Shown here: piece by piece, positions 19,601 through 28,956 of the stretch
How positions within the stretch are numbered: the stretch's first letter is position 1
Layout of the letters: each line of letters opens with the position of its first letter
NCBI GenBank assembly: GCA_944383355.1
Contig: CALWPF010000002.1
Location: forward strand, 1,550-65,549
From: an uncultured Clostridia bacterium
Lineage (GTDB): Bacteria > Bacillota > Clostridia > Christensenellales > UBA1242
DNA length: 64,000 nt
Direction of reading: 5' to 3'
Notes under the pieces: generated by a model
Databases searched by the model: none
What the model saw: only the letters and a program-made list of their open reading frames with translations
What the model was told of the DNA's origin: nothing
Made by a program: the position numbers and the translations under genes

Positions 19601-21047
19601 AATCATCAAATGTATATATTGGAGAATCTTCATCCTCGAGAGAAGTAGCATTAATGTTGAAGCTTTGTCCTTGCTCAATATACATCTTTGTGCCATCAAC
19701 TATCGGCGCTGCCCCAGTATAACCACTATAATATACATTTGCGTAATCAGCAGGTGTCTCAGCATCCAAAACATCTATAGACATATTAATAGAAGCCAAT
19801 TGGCTAACTCTCGTCAAAATTGGGAAACCATTATTAAGTACATCTGAGACTTTCCATATGTGAGTTGGAACTGTACCTCTATCATAACGCTCGATCGTAC
19901 CCGACTGTACTTGCTTAACACTCCAGTCTTGGTTGTAATAATTACTATATGTTTTTAATGATGTAGCAGAGACACTAGCACCAGCTGTACTCGCTATAAT
20001 ATCACTAGTGTAGTTGGTTGAAAGGTAAAAATTAGACCTATATCTAGCCACACTAGTACTCGCAACATCTCCTATAATACCACCAATATTGATAGTGTTA
20101 TCCTCAACTTTACCAGCACGAGCAGTACTATAAGATTTTGAAATTGCACCAACATTACTATTCCAAACCACTATTCCAGCGATTCCGCCAGCTCCACCAA
20201 CTGTACTATTACTATAAACATCATACCCAGCAGTTGTGTTTGCGCTAGGTGCAGTATAACTATTATATATACAAGCACCATCTGACAATGCCCCAACTAA
20301 TCCTCCAGTATAAATACGTCCCTCAACATAACCTGTACTGTAACATTCTTGTATTACAGCACTTGCAGAAGCATCGCCTACAATCGCCCCTGTTGGATAA
20401 ACTATCGCAGAGGTATTGTCGCCTTCCACACTACCAGCCAATCCACCAGCATAATATGCATTAGACTCAATGTATACATCTTTTAGTCCCAACAACTTAA
20501 TTACAGGTGAATAATTAACTGATGTGTAACTTGCATAGGCAACTGCACCAAACAAACCTGCAGTGGTAACGGTAGACTCTGATTCCATACTAGTATTTAC
20601 TATGGTTAAACCATAAATTGAATAACCATTACCATTAAACACACCTGAAAATGGTATATTAGCGACCGACTCACTATCATAGCCTAGAGCTCCAATTGGT
20701 TGCCAATTGTACCCACTCAAATCGATGTGACTAGTCAATTGATAACTGGCCGTAGCATAACTAGTATCTTTTGCTACATTGACATAATATACCAATCTAA
20801 TCAAATCATCAGCTGTGGATATAGCATAAGGATTGGTATCTTTGTCGTAACTACCACCGTTAATGGTAGTGAACTCACCAGTCAGCACATAATCCTCCAA
20901 AGGGTTAACCAAATCAGAATTTGCATATGTGCCACGCTGCCCCCAATTACCAATACCCAAACATGTAGCAATGATAGCTAAACAAGTCACAATAGTGACC
21001 GTCAATACACCCCACAGTTTAGTACTTTTATTGTACATTGTGTGCAT
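16653..21047 (-). CDS. Giant surface adhesin: GLUG/beta-helix region, ~10 InlB-B-repeat-like units, C-terminal TM and AT-hook tail
   Basis: 1464 aa. N-terminal signal anchor. Cap motif FSGVFNGNGYSIYGL, then GLUG-like repeats (GGLAGSVEG, GGLVGAL, GGIAGIV, GGIIGDV). Repeated aromatic-x-F-x-x-W units follow (YTFDDWY, YEIDSWV, YTFANWT, YHFVKWD, YYFNNWT, FEFDHWE, YRFSYWT, YKFLGWY, YQFLYWE, CTFIGWA). TM helix WAIVIIITGCLLFAILLILAAINYI, then a 132-aa basic tail with two RGRPAGS motifs. AGGAGG RBS 5 nt upstream of the ATG. Confidence 0.9.
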   Translation of the reverse strand: MHTMYNKSTKLWGVLTVTIVTCLAIIATCLGIGNWGQRGTYANSDLVNPLEDYVLTGEFTTINGGSYDKDTNPYAISTADDLIRLVYYVNVAKDTSYATASYQLTSHIDLSGYNWQPIGALGYDSESVANIPFSGVFNGNGYSIYGLTIVNTSMESESTVTTAGLFGAVAYASYTSVNYSPVIKLLGLKDVYIESNAYYAGGLAGSVEGDNTSAIVYPTGAIVGDASASAVIQECYSTGYVEGRIYTGGLVGALSDGACIYNSYTAPSANTTAGYDVYSNSTVGGAGGIAGIVVWNSNVGAISKSYSTARAGKVEDNTINIGGIIGDVASTSVARYRSNFYLSTNYTSDIIASTAGASVSATSLKTYSNYYNQDWSVKQVQSGTIERYDRGTVPTHIWKVSDVLNNGFPILTRVSQLASINMSIDVLDAETPADYANVYYSGYTGAAPIVDGTKMYIEQGQSFNINATSLEDEDSPIYTFDDWYSSVVGNRVVESGDSTALNSPGTVGGIYIMPCIATCDMNYTAKFIYAEYSITYNPSDTNLGNVRVKIADDATLGEVDWDSYEFRDGNSVLAKIGTIVYVEATPTAGYEIDSWVVDSQTLRDDGDTANYQARTYEFSVTGACNISVNFIAKTYSITIIAETGQEDVAQLYYSVDGDAPQSTAGTVQYGNIVTLSVDGVDPNYTFANWTVKADGLEEYSLGSASAFTVGDYENYVVIAHFQKDTYSVRIAINNVSVGNVSFVGIEGTGLSRDIAFDQEWTITVTDIPTGYHFVKWDITYNGDQKDESADITNQTLTRSGIQYDMYCVAIVEINTYQVTLNSVDNLQGSLSQGAMTYQFDYGEMFRVLATPAEGYYFNNWTDADGTVLGTSSTLKLIVTDDVTITANFVAINYTVTFFAEVIASDVNPTYSIGNDCFEQTRSAGYTLGDDVSFEAVAPMWFEFDHWEMRTVGITSGVDYTFDNINGNGAINSIHCDIEIIGYFRLQKASVTFQINEASFGDYEFIYNNRTIKYSEITPEDSFVYNIRSVLELKNATPANENYRFSYWTINGVPAGKDNALSVDVTGNIVVGAVFRYTECPVEVLQDTNGGVVTGLNSNYYDYGSVLTLKTTVYPGYKFLGWYLWDRNTGIQQLLSSSTTLVHTITDTQSTTYILAKYAQVGKVDVVLSNNDAGSVTGAGEYEVGTAVTLTAKANDGYQFLYWEVRGEPVGVESTYKVTTTAETQSVNAIFAELQTVTVDVNDSKLGVVEGAGNVGLGSTVTLTATPANNCTFIGWAINDNIVSTDSTYSFVANGDIDVQALFKENFNWAIVIIITGCLLFAILLILAAINYIKVKETEPVNVKYISKTENGDYKVKQKVTKKDLKNAIEPVPVRKIETVAIEPVPVRKINVPPTDYKGNVKTKQKESTSAEIAQAESDTTEKKRSRGRPAGSLNKKGKKSTKRKEPGKRGRPAGSKNKKKKPAK
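16882..16950 (-). repeat. 39-nt tandem duplication in the tail-coding region
   Basis: atctttcgaacaggaacagg[c/t]tcaatcgca occurs at 16882-16911 and again at 16921-16950 (29/30 identical). It encodes AIEPVPVRKI twice. Confidence 0.85.
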
Positions 21048-21097
21048 TTTTTCCTCCTAAAACAGTTATTAAGCATGCCCAAGCCAATAACTAAATT

Positions 21098-22018
21098 CTA
21101 TTTATTTTTTATTGGGAATCGAATCTCCAAATTGGCATTTTGAACATAGCCTAAGTATTCTGGAGCGAATCTCTTGCCATCAATCTTGAAACCATCACCA
21201 TGAAAGTCACTACCACCGGTCTTTAACAATCTATTCTTATCACAAAAGTCGCTTAACCACAGAGAATCAGCCAGACTAAATTTTTTGTGTATACACTCAA
21301 AACCATCCAAAATATCCATACTATTCAATTTCTTGACCAATGCCTTTGGATTAGGCTCATTATAGACCTTGAAAGCATGGGCAAATGAGCAGATACCTCC
21401 TGCCTCATGTACCCTGTTGCAAACTTCTTCAATACTAGGAGTCTCCTTAATGATATCATAGCAGTAAAATAACGAACCTGGTTTAATGACATGATCTCGA
21501 TAAAAATTATCCCCTGGTCCTATGCCATATCTTTGGTACATTAGTTTATTCTCTGGATACTTAGACAAATCGTAAAAGAAAGTCTTATGAGCTGTCCTAT
21601 ACATAGGGTCAAACTGCAAACCTTCGGTAAAGCGGAATCCTAAACGAGCTGCGTTTTCTTTTAGGGTTTCTATCCTCTTTTCTTCCAATGAAAACTGATA
21701 ATCTAAATTTAATACATCCCACTTAGCCAAGGTATCAAGGTCAAAATCGTATGCCAAAACCTCGTATTTTTTGCCTTCAAATACAACAGCAATTTCACAA
21801 CCGTTAATTATTTTACCACAAAAACAATTACGACCTGTACCCATATTACGAATTTCAAAATTTGCGTCTAATAGGTCATGATCAGTAAATGCCATCACGT
21901 CTAGACCTCGCATCTCCGCAAAACGTAACAATTCTTTTACACTATACATACCATCGGAATACTGAGTATGAATATGCAAATCAATCAATTGTCCGTTGCG
22001 ATACAATTTATTGAACAT
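21098..22018 (-). CDS. PHP-domain metal-dependent phosphoesterase
   Basis: 306 aa. N-terminal IDLHIHTQYSDG ... AFTDHD and C-terminal GGSDFHG are the PHP family His/Asp motifs. AGGGGG RBS. Only ~50-nt gaps separate it from both flanking giant genes. Confidence 0.8.
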   Translation of the reverse strand: MFNKLYRNGQLIDLHIHTQYSDGMYSVKELLRFAEMRGLDVMAFTDHDLLDANFEIRNMGTGRNCFCGKIINGCEIAVVFEGKKYEVLAYDFDLDTLAKWDVLNLDYQFSLEEKRIETLKENAARLGFRFTEGLQFDPMYRTAHKTFFYDLSKYPENKLMYQRYGIGPGDNFYRDHVIKPGSLFYCYDIIKETPSIEEVCNRVHEAGGICSFAHAFKVYNEPNPKALVKKLNSMDILDGFECIHKKFSLADSLWLSDFCDKNRLLKTGGSDFHGDGFKIDGKRFAPEYLGYVQNANLEIRFPIKNK

Positions 22019-22068
22019 ATCGTTCCCCCTATTTGTGTGTATTTCTATAAATTTGTCATGTATGTTTA

Positions 22069-25000
22069 TTATAGTATTACATATGAACCGCTAAACTCAG
22101 TACCGCTCATTATGATTTCCTCTAAACTAACATCAGTAACTGTATCTTGAACTACGCTTATCTCAAAAGTAGTACTCTCTTGTCCCTCTGGCTCTCCATC
22201 AATATTAATTTTTGATGTACAGAATATAGGCAAGTAAAACTCAATAGTGTAATCGCCTATTGGCAACTCAATATTACTATCTGTACTAGTCATCACCACG
22301 AATTGAGACTCTTGTGTCGCGTTATTCTTTAATTTAACTAGCATACCATTAGCAGAATCTGCAACATTTTCATTGAAACTAATGGTCACAGATTGCATTA
22401 CCAGATATGTAAACTCTACTCTAAACTTTGTAACATCAGCATTTAAATCAAATGAGTATGTAGTGTTGCTTCCAGTATAAGTAGCAAATGGAGATAAACT
22501 GTCATCTTGGTACAAATCAATTCTTGACAACTGTACAGTAAGTGCAGGACTATCAAATACATTTCTTTGATTAAAACTTAGCTGTACAACATTACCATAC
22601 TCACCTACCACTGTAGCAGTGTTTGATGTAGTAAGAGGTTGATTTACTCCCCCTATACTAACACTAATACCTTGATCGTTTAGTGAATCGGTCACACCAA
22701 AACTGGACAAATCGTTAGTGATTTCTACATTATACGTCCTAAGTGCATAGTAAATATAAATAGTAGTATCTGAGTCTACTGTAAATGTATATGTACCTGT
22801 ATTCATATATCCAGAGTTTATACTAACTCCTGTACTTATATAAGATGCGTCACTCGTAGATGTCTTGAAACCTTTTAACTCATGTCCAATATTCAATGCA
22901 GAGGCTGTAATCGTGATAATAGAACCTTCTACAAAGGTATAAGTATCCCCACTGGAACCAATAAATCCCTCGCCAGTCGTAGATGCCTGAGCAGATGCGT
23001 TGGTTGCATTAACGATATTTGTACCATTTTCATAATAACTAGTCAATGTAACATTCCTTCCAACTAACTCAAACAAAACTCGTACTGTAGATGTAGTATT
23101 TGCAGTGGACAGTATAGTACTAGTCGCTGTATAAATGTTATTCACTTGCTCATTGTTTACAAATATATTATAGTATTCCTTTGCTATGTAATCACTACCC
23201 AAATTAGTTCGAATAGGGGCATATGCTCCGCTACCAACAGCAACATCTACACTCTTTACTCCATAACGCTTAAAAACATTATCAACGCTGGAGATATCAA
23301 CCCGCATGCCAGTTAATAAACTATAGTAATTGGCAGAGTTCAAAGAACCAGATGTGCTCGCAACATTCTCAGGGAAATTCTCAATAGTACCATCTGCCTG
23401 TTCAACTTGTGCAATCACATTTACTGTTAATGGAATATACTCATAGTATACTGTATAGGATTGGTCACTAGCACCTACTACAAATGTATAATAATAAACA
23501 TTGCCCGATGTGGACCAGCTACCAGTAACATCAGTTACTCCGTTGGAAATAGATGACAATCTATAACCATTCCTGTACAAAGGAACAAATGAAATAGTAA
23601 CGCTAGAACCATAACTTGCATCTCTGGTAACAGTAGCAATAGTGTTCTCCGCAATTTCGCCCTCAGCTTTTGGAGTGGTACCTATTGAGATGTCAACTTT
23701 ACCAAATGCAATTGAAGTATTGTTATCATTAGCATCTTGTGCACCATTAAAAGCATTAGTCACACTAATAGTATACTCTTGCATGCTGTAAACTGCGGTA
23801 AAAGTCAAATCGTAATCAGAATCAGAATATGTATAAGAATTTAGTGAGATAGTCTTATCACTACCCAGGTTAAGATTAGTAGCTGTACCATATGTCATTC
23901 TCCAATTTTGGAACAAACGTATGTCAGCATAATCACCTAAGGAGTGTGATAAAATCAAATCTGTGTTGTAAGCGACTCTACCACTCTGCCCCACACCATT
24001 AGATGTAGCAGTTATAGTACCTCCAGCGCTACCGAGTTGGATACTCGCTGTTGGCAAATACTGATCACTTGGTGCAGACAACTCTTGAGACACGATAACA
24101 TTAAACATACGCAAGAACTGAGCCTGTATATATATCACATTACTCGAGCTAAAGGCATTACCGCCAGCGACCTCAAAGATATAAGTCCTCTCTGTGTCAG
24201 AATCATTAGGTACTGTCATCCAGTACTCTGTTGGCATTTCGTTATAAGTATCTCCCGCACTTCTCTTATAATTCATCGTATTAAAGCTCAAGTTTTGTTT
24301 TGTCTTGTCTATAACTATAGTAATAATACTACCCTCATCATAGACATTTCCATTACGATATCCCGTATAAGTCAATTCAGCGGCATCGCCATCATAGCTA
24401 CTAGTAAACCCTTGATATGCCTCTTCAAAAATTACCTCATAAGTCTTGATAAACCTAGCCTCTAGATAGTAATAGTCTTGGATACCAGCAGAATCACCGA
24501 TTACGAATGTAGGGCTAGTGCTCAACAAATCATCAGTAAAATATGGACTACCATCCAAACCAATACTAAAGAAATACCAACCGACAAATCTATAAGTTGC
24601 ATTTACACTAGCATTAATTGTAACAGCTGTACCTCTAGAGAGAGTGCTACCATTGGCACATGCAGTACGATCACTAACTGTAGTTGGAATGCCATCAACT
24701 GTATAAGTATAAGAATAACTACCAGCCTCTGCTCCTAAGTTACTAACCATACGAATTTGCATTTCTTTCATAAAGTTTTGGAGAATTGGGAAATAGTTGT
24801 TTGCTACCCTTGACAAGAACCAAATACCCGTTGTGTTATTTGTTGGATCATACATAGACCAACCAGCATCTGCATACAAGGTTGTAGTATACCCACGCAT
24901 ACCATCATAATTTTCTCTATATGTACCCAATGCAGTAGAACCCATTGCATTGTTGTTTGTAGAGTTTGAGAAGAAACATGAGTTGACAGGTGTAGCTGCT

Positions 25001-26616
25001 GTACTGCTAGATGCTCCAACGATACCTCCTGCATTACCTACATTTGCGTAAGTGCTACCTATATTATAACACCTTGCAATAGTGGCTGTGCCAGTTATAG
25101 TACCAGCGATACCACCAATATATGAATCACCTACCAAACCGAATGTATTGTAACAATCTTGTACTGACGCATTACCACCCAAGTACCCAACTATACCGCC
25201 AATGTAATTGTTACCAGATAAACCACATTCACTATAACAGCGAGCTATAGATGCATTACCATCAGCATAAGACGCTATACCACCGACATAGTCATTAACA
25301 GTATTCCATGTTGATCTGGTAACACCCAAATTGGTTATAACCGCATTGCCAGAAATATATCCAAATACACCGGCCAATCCAGAATTGGACTCTGCCAAAT
25401 TGGATATCACATATCCATTACCATCAAAAGTGCCCTGGAAAGAGTAACTAGTACCACCAGACACATACCTACCTATAGGATTCCAAACGGTAACTGAACT
25501 CATATCAATGTCATTTTGCATCCTAAAATAAACACCACTCAGAGTCTCACCGCTCAATACCGCTTGACTAATTTCAACTAAATGCTCAGGGGTCGTTACA
25601 AGGTATGGACTAGCACTAGTACCAGCCCCAGTCATAGTAGTACTAAAAGCCATATTTACCGTACCACTAATATCTGCATTGGTATCTACAATGTCCAATA
25701 TGTTGCCAAAATTATCTAAAAGAGGCAAAGCCAAATTGATAGCAGGACGAACTCCTAGTGTCATAGCCCCTTGACTTGCTCTTACATTTCCATTAGTATC
25801 CAGATAAACTAGAGAGCCCTCGTCAGTTGAAGAACGCAACCATAATCCGCCATCACTGGATCGATATTCAGCAGACAAATTCCATAAACCACTGCTGACA
25901 GATTGACCATTGCTACTACTAATATTAAAACTATTTACCCTGTTTGATGGCGCATTTTCACCAAACACAAAACCACCTACTTCCAAAGAACTAGGTACCC
26001 ACACTTTGTCACCATAAGGTATATCATTGCTAACTACAGTATTGCCGTCAATTGTACTAAGAGGTACACCCTGCACTCCATCAAGTTGAGTAACAACACT
26101 ATTGTCGCCCGCACTCACAATTATATTTTCAAAATTTTCATAGTCAACGCTTGCTAAAAATTCTGGATAAAAAATCTCATTTAAATAAGAGCGAACAGCA
26201 CTATCTGCATATTTTATGTCATCGGACTCCAACGATATCTGAGCTACATCGCTAACAGCATATAGAGTAACTATATCATTTTGCTTGTACGCAACCAACC
26301 AATCAATACCACCTAGGTTAACAATGGTTGCAGAATTTACACCATTAGCACTTCCTAAAGCAACTCCGTCTCCAAATTGTTTTGTACTATTAAACAACTT
26401 TTTTACAATAGATGAATTCCACCCATCGCTACTCAGCAAGGCTTCGTTATTTAATGCATTTATATTGCTAGTAGATGCACTATCTTTACTGCCAGTATTC
26501 CTATTTAGCAATACAGCTCCAGCAATTACAGCCATCAAACATAATATAGTCACAAAGCAAATAAGTGTTATACCCCACCTTTTTTTGCTAAGACTATACC
26601 CGCTATTTTGACTCAT
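22069..26616 (-). CDS. Giant surface protein: WLRS...VRPAL module, GLUG/beta-helix region, long beta-rich C-terminal region
   Basis: The ORF opens at 26628, but GGAGG (26626-26622) sits 5 nt before the ATG at 26616 (MSQNSGYSLSKKRWGITLICFVTILCLMAVIAGAVLL, a signal anchor). Motifs present: NLGGIDWLVAY ... LWLRSSTD ... LGVRPAINLAL; the cap FQGTFDGNGYVISNL; GLUG-like repeats (VGGIASYADGN, IGGIVGYLGGN, IGGIAGTITG, AGGIVGASS); and YRFVGWYF. No C-terminal TM. Confidence 0.9.
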   Translation of the reverse strand: MSQNSGYSLSKKRWGITLICFVTILCLMAVIAGAVLLNRNTGSKDSASTSNINALNNEALLSSDGWNSSIVKKLFNSTKQFGDGVALGSANGVNSATIVNLGGIDWLVAYKQNDIVTLYAVSDVAQISLESDDIKYADSAVRSYLNEIFYPEFLASVDYENFENIIVSAGDNSVVTQLDGVQGVPLSTIDGNTVVSNDIPYGDKVWVPSSLEVGGFVFGENAPSNRVNSFNISSSNGQSVSSGLWNLSAEYRSSDGGLWLRSSTDEGSLVYLDTNGNVRASQGAMTLGVRPAINLALPLLDNFGNILDIVDTNADISGTVNMAFSTTMTGAGTSASPYLVTTPEHLVEISQAVLSGETLSGVYFRMQNDIDMSSVTVWNPIGRYVSGGTSYSFQGTFDGNGYVISNLAESNSGLAGVFGYISGNAVITNLGVTRSTWNTVNDYVGGIASYADGNASIARCYSECGLSGNNYIGGIVGYLGGNASVQDCYNTFGLVGDSYIGGIAGTITGTATIARCYNIGSTYANVGNAGGIVGASSSTAATPVNSCFFSNSTNNNAMGSTALGTYRENYDGMRGYTTTLYADAGWSMYDPTNNTTGIWFLSRVANNYFPILQNFMKEMQIRMVSNLGAEAGSYSYTYTVDGIPTTVSDRTACANGSTLSRGTAVTINASVNATYRFVGWYFFSIGLDGSPYFTDDLLSTSPTFVIGDSAGIQDYYYLEARFIKTYEVIFEEAYQGFTSSYDGDAAELTYTGYRNGNVYDEGSIITIVIDKTKQNLSFNTMNYKRSAGDTYNEMPTEYWMTVPNDSDTERTYIFEVAGGNAFSSSNVIYIQAQFLRMFNVIVSQELSAPSDQYLPTASIQLGSAGGTITATSNGVGQSGRVAYNTDLILSHSLGDYADIRLFQNWRMTYGTATNLNLGSDKTISLNSYTYSDSDYDLTFTAVYSMQEYTISVTNAFNGAQDANDNNTSIAFGKVDISIGTTPKAEGEIAENTIATVTRDASYGSSVTISFVPLYRNGYRLSSISNGVTDVTGSWSTSGNVYYYTFVVGASDQSYTVYYEYIPLTVNVIAQVEQADGTIENFPENVASTSGSLNSANYYSLLTGMRVDISSVDNVFKRYGVKSVDVAVGSGAYAPIRTNLGSDYIAKEYYNIFVNNEQVNNIYTATSTILSTANTTSTVRVLFELVGRNVTLTSYYENGTNIVNATNASAQASTTGEGFIGSSGDTYTFVEGSIITITASALNIGHELKGFKTSTSDASYISTGVSINSGYMNTGTYTFTVDSDTTIYIYYALRTYNVEITNDLSSFGVTDSLNDQGISVSIGGVNQPLTTSNTATVVGEYGNVVQLSFNQRNVFDSPALTVQLSRIDLYQDDSLSPFATYTGSNTTYSFDLNADVTKFRVEFTYLVMQSVTISFNENVADSANGMLVKLKNNATQESQFVVMTSTDSNIELPIGDYTIEFYLPIFCTSKINIDGEPEGQESTTFEISVVQDTVTDVSLEEIIMSGTEFSGSYVIL

Positions 26617-26719
26617 ATATACCTCCATTTTTGTAATGACTATGCGCCAAATATTTACATATATATTTTTATTTTATCACATTATAACAAAAAATTACAA
26701 ACGAATTTAACAACTATTA

Positions 26720-27310
26720 TTAATTTTGCTGTGTTTCATCTAAATAAGTAGCCATCAAATCTGCTGTATGAAAAATTAATGCAATTGGGAATTTATAAAA
26801 TGCATCGCTCAAGCTGTAACTACCACCCTTCACTCGCATATCATAGCCACCCATATGCCAATTAATCGCCATAGCTTCCTCTCTTGATAAATGCATAAAG
26901 CCACTAATAATATATACAGATTTTTCGCCATGCCCATAGGGTAATTGATCATCTACAACATAAACTGGTTTCTGAACCCATTCCCCATTTTCTTTTACAT
27001 TACGATATTCCACTTTGTAGCAATTAACCTTGCATATATCATGCAAAAGCCCTATAATAGCGACACTCTCTTGAGAAATGACTTTTTGCCAATCCTCACC
27101 ATATTCACTATTTAATAATTTAATGAAACGATTGTATGCATTGATACTGTGCTGACATAATCCACCTTGATAAGCCGAATGAAATTTTGTACTAGCTGGC
27201 GCAGTAAAAAAATCCGTTTTTTGTAACCAATCTAAAAATTCTTCACTACCTGGCCTTTTAATATTTTCACGAAAAATTTCTAGAAATTTATTTTTACATT
27301 CTTCTGACAT
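26720..27310 (-). CDS. HD-domain hydrolase (YhaM-like HD module without an OB fold)
   Basis: 196 aa with FHSAYQGGLCQHS, then GLLHDICK, then YGHGEKS and HTAD. This is the His/Asp pattern of the HD superfamily. Confidence 0.7.
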   Translation of the reverse strand: MSEECKNKFLEIFRENIKRPGSEEFLDWLQKTDFFTAPASTKFHSAYQGGLCQHSINAYNRFIKLLNSEYGEDWQKVISQESVAIIGLLHDICKVNCYKVEYRNVKENGEWVQKPVYVVDDQLPYGHGEKSVYIISGFMHLSREEAMAINWHMGGYDMRVKGGSYSLSDAFYKFPIALIFHTADLMATYLDETQQN

Positions 27311-27350
27311 ATAATCTTACCTTTGTGACATAATTCGACTTAATGATTAA

Positions 27351-27380
27351 ATTTTATCTAATATTGTCTATGTTTGTCAA
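27351..27380 (-). promoter_or_regulatory. Candidate sigma-A promoter of the HD hydrolase gene
   Basis: The minus strand reads TTGACA (27380-27375), 18 nt, then TAAAAT (27356-27351). It lies inside a ~200-nt region that is almost entirely A/T. Confidence 0.4.
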
Positions 27381-27481
27381 ATTTATTTGCACTATATTTT
27401 GTCATTTTTTTTAAAAAAAATTAATAATATTTTATATAAAATTTATATATTGTTTTCTTAAAAAATTTATATATTTATTTA

Positions 27482-27513
27482 TAAACAAAAAAAATAAAGG
27501 CATAAACCTTTAT
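27482..27513 (-). terminator. Rho-independent terminator of the ferritin-like gene (overlaps its stop codon)
   Basis: The minus-strand RNA reads AUAAAGG-UUUAUG-CCUUUAU followed by UUUUUUUGUUUAU. Confidence 0.55.
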
Positions 27514-28766
27514 TTGTTTTTTACTCTACCAATATCAATATTATCTTTTTCCCTATTTTGTAATGCCTTTATTGGATGTGACTCAACCTCAAATCTATAA
27601 TCTTTACCATTAGACTCTATATACTGCTCTATGACTCTATGACTAGGTGAACTTGACAAAGGTGAATTGACAGATTTTTGATATTCAAAATATTCATAGT
27701 CGTCGGGAATACTATCAAGCGGTACAAACTCCTCTTTTTTGGCTGTGTTACGCACAGTATTTGCTATAACATCACGAACATAATCAATATTTGAACCCAA
27801 TACCAACAACTCTGGAAATTCTCCACCGTTTGGGAACAATTCTTGCCAATTTCTTTTCTCATACTTTTCGAGCAATGCACACGAAATATTTAAATGAGTG
27901 AGTTCCTCGTCTAAATGCTGTTGCCAGATTTTTTTTATTTTGGGATCAGTCTCACTTTGTAGGCAAGAATAATACAAATAACATTCAGTATACTCGTGCA
28001 TCAATAAATCCTCTAGCCATGTACAATTTGTATCCATTAAACTGCCGTAGCTAGATACATGTTGCTCCTCAATCATACCTATCTCTTGATACAATTGCCT
28101 GCCTATATCATTGTGATAAAAGCAACCAATATTCATATAGTAATTCATTGTTTGCTGTTCTGCAGCAGTTATTATACCAATATTTAGTTTTGTTGCTATG
28201 TCAGCAGTTTTGTAATCGACATAATACCTTACATCGTCATTAGGGTGGCGATGCTCGCCTATTGTAGGTCTACCTGGCATAATTTCTGTATAGTTACCTA
28301 CCAATTTTTCTGCATGTATCCCCGTATCAAACTCCAACAAGTCTGCATATCTATATAAATGATCAAAATCCTCTAACAAAGCAAAATCCAAGGTATCTTT
28401 TACATATTTATTGGGCTCAAGTTTAGCAAGACATGCAGTCAAATCTACCGCTAATTGCTCATAACCTATTGTAGTCTCCAAAATACTCTCATCTATTGGC
28501 TTTAGGTCAGATATTCTTTTTTGCTGTTGTTGTTCATTCCTACGCAAAAAACTAATCTCACGCCTTAAGTCATTATTAGGACAATGTCTACTAAATTGGT
28601 GCATAAACCAATTGGCCTCAAACTCAGCACCATTTGCTAGTATAATCCGCAACCTAGTATATGGATCGACCTCATTTTTGTCGTAACTCTCAGGATACAA
28701 TTTGTTCCAACTGCAAAATAATTTCGCCTTGTCCTTACCTATTTCATTAAATGGATTAAATGCCAT
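27510..28766 (-). CDS. Two-lobed ferritin-like (di-metal carboxylate) protein, function unknown
   Basis: The listed start at 28778 is a GTG overlapping the RBS. GAGGTG sits 4 nt before the ATG at 28766 (MAFNPFNEIG). Helical segments carry Glu/His ligand-like motifs: GAEFEANWFMHQF, GYEQLAVDL, LEDFDHLYRY, AAEQQTMNYY, IEEQHVSSYG, MHEYTECYLYY, LDEELTHL. Two of these are clear ExxH motifs. Confidence 0.55.
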   Translation of the reverse strand: MAFNPFNEIGKDKAKLFCSWNKLYPESYDKNEVDPYTRLRIILANGAEFEANWFMHQFSRHCPNNDLRREISFLRRNEQQQQKRISDLKPIDESILETTIGYEQLAVDLTACLAKLEPNKYVKDTLDFALLEDFDHLYRYADLLEFDTGIHAEKLVGNYTEIMPGRPTIGEHRHPNDDVRYYVDYKTADIATKLNIGIITAAEQQTMNYYMNIGCFYHNDIGRQLYQEIGMIEEQHVSSYGSLMDTNCTWLEDLLMHEYTECYLYYSCLQSETDPKIKKIWQQHLDEELTHLNISCALLEKYEKRNWQELFPNGGEFPELLVLGSNIDYVRDVIANTVRNTAKKEEFVPLDSIPDDYEYFEYQKSVNSPLSSSPSHRVIEQYIESNGKDYRFEVESHPIKALQNREKDNIDIGRVKNK

Positions 28767-28896
28767 AAAACACCTCACAAAATTTTATAATATGATGCCC
28801 GAATAGCATTATTTTTATACAGAAAACTTTCCGCTCCAACTCAAAAGTTGAACAAATTGGCTCGATTTGATATTTTGACACAGTGTTTAATTTGAT

Positions 28897-28925
28897 TTGA
28901 CTTTACATAAAAATACGAATATAAT
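28897..28925 (+). promoter_or_regulatory. Sigma-A promoter of the DUF308/HdeD-like gene
   Basis: TTGACT (28897-28902), 17 nt, then TATAAT (28920-28925). It lies 31 nt upstream of the ATG. AGGAGG RBS at 28944-28949. Confidence 0.6.
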
Positions 28926-28956
28926 TGCATTACTAATAATATAGGAGGCATTCAAA

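Noticed and set aside
17197-26611. Antisense or alternative-frame ORFs within the 1464-aa and ~1515-aa genes (for example 17197-17448, 18597-18869, 20249-20464, 24037-24465, 24478-24738, 26285-26611)
   Set aside because: The reasoning is the same. They lie inside well-supported giant ORFs, with no RBS and low-complexity translations.
27311-27509. ~200-nt almost pure A/T spacer with T8A8 and the repeated aaatttatatat motif, considered as a possible mobile-element end or replication-related repeat
   Set aside because: It is adequately explained as a promoter/UP-element region of the HD gene (TTGACA-18-TAAAAT) plus the terminator of the ferritin-like gene. There are no flanking direct repeats and no associated recombinase.
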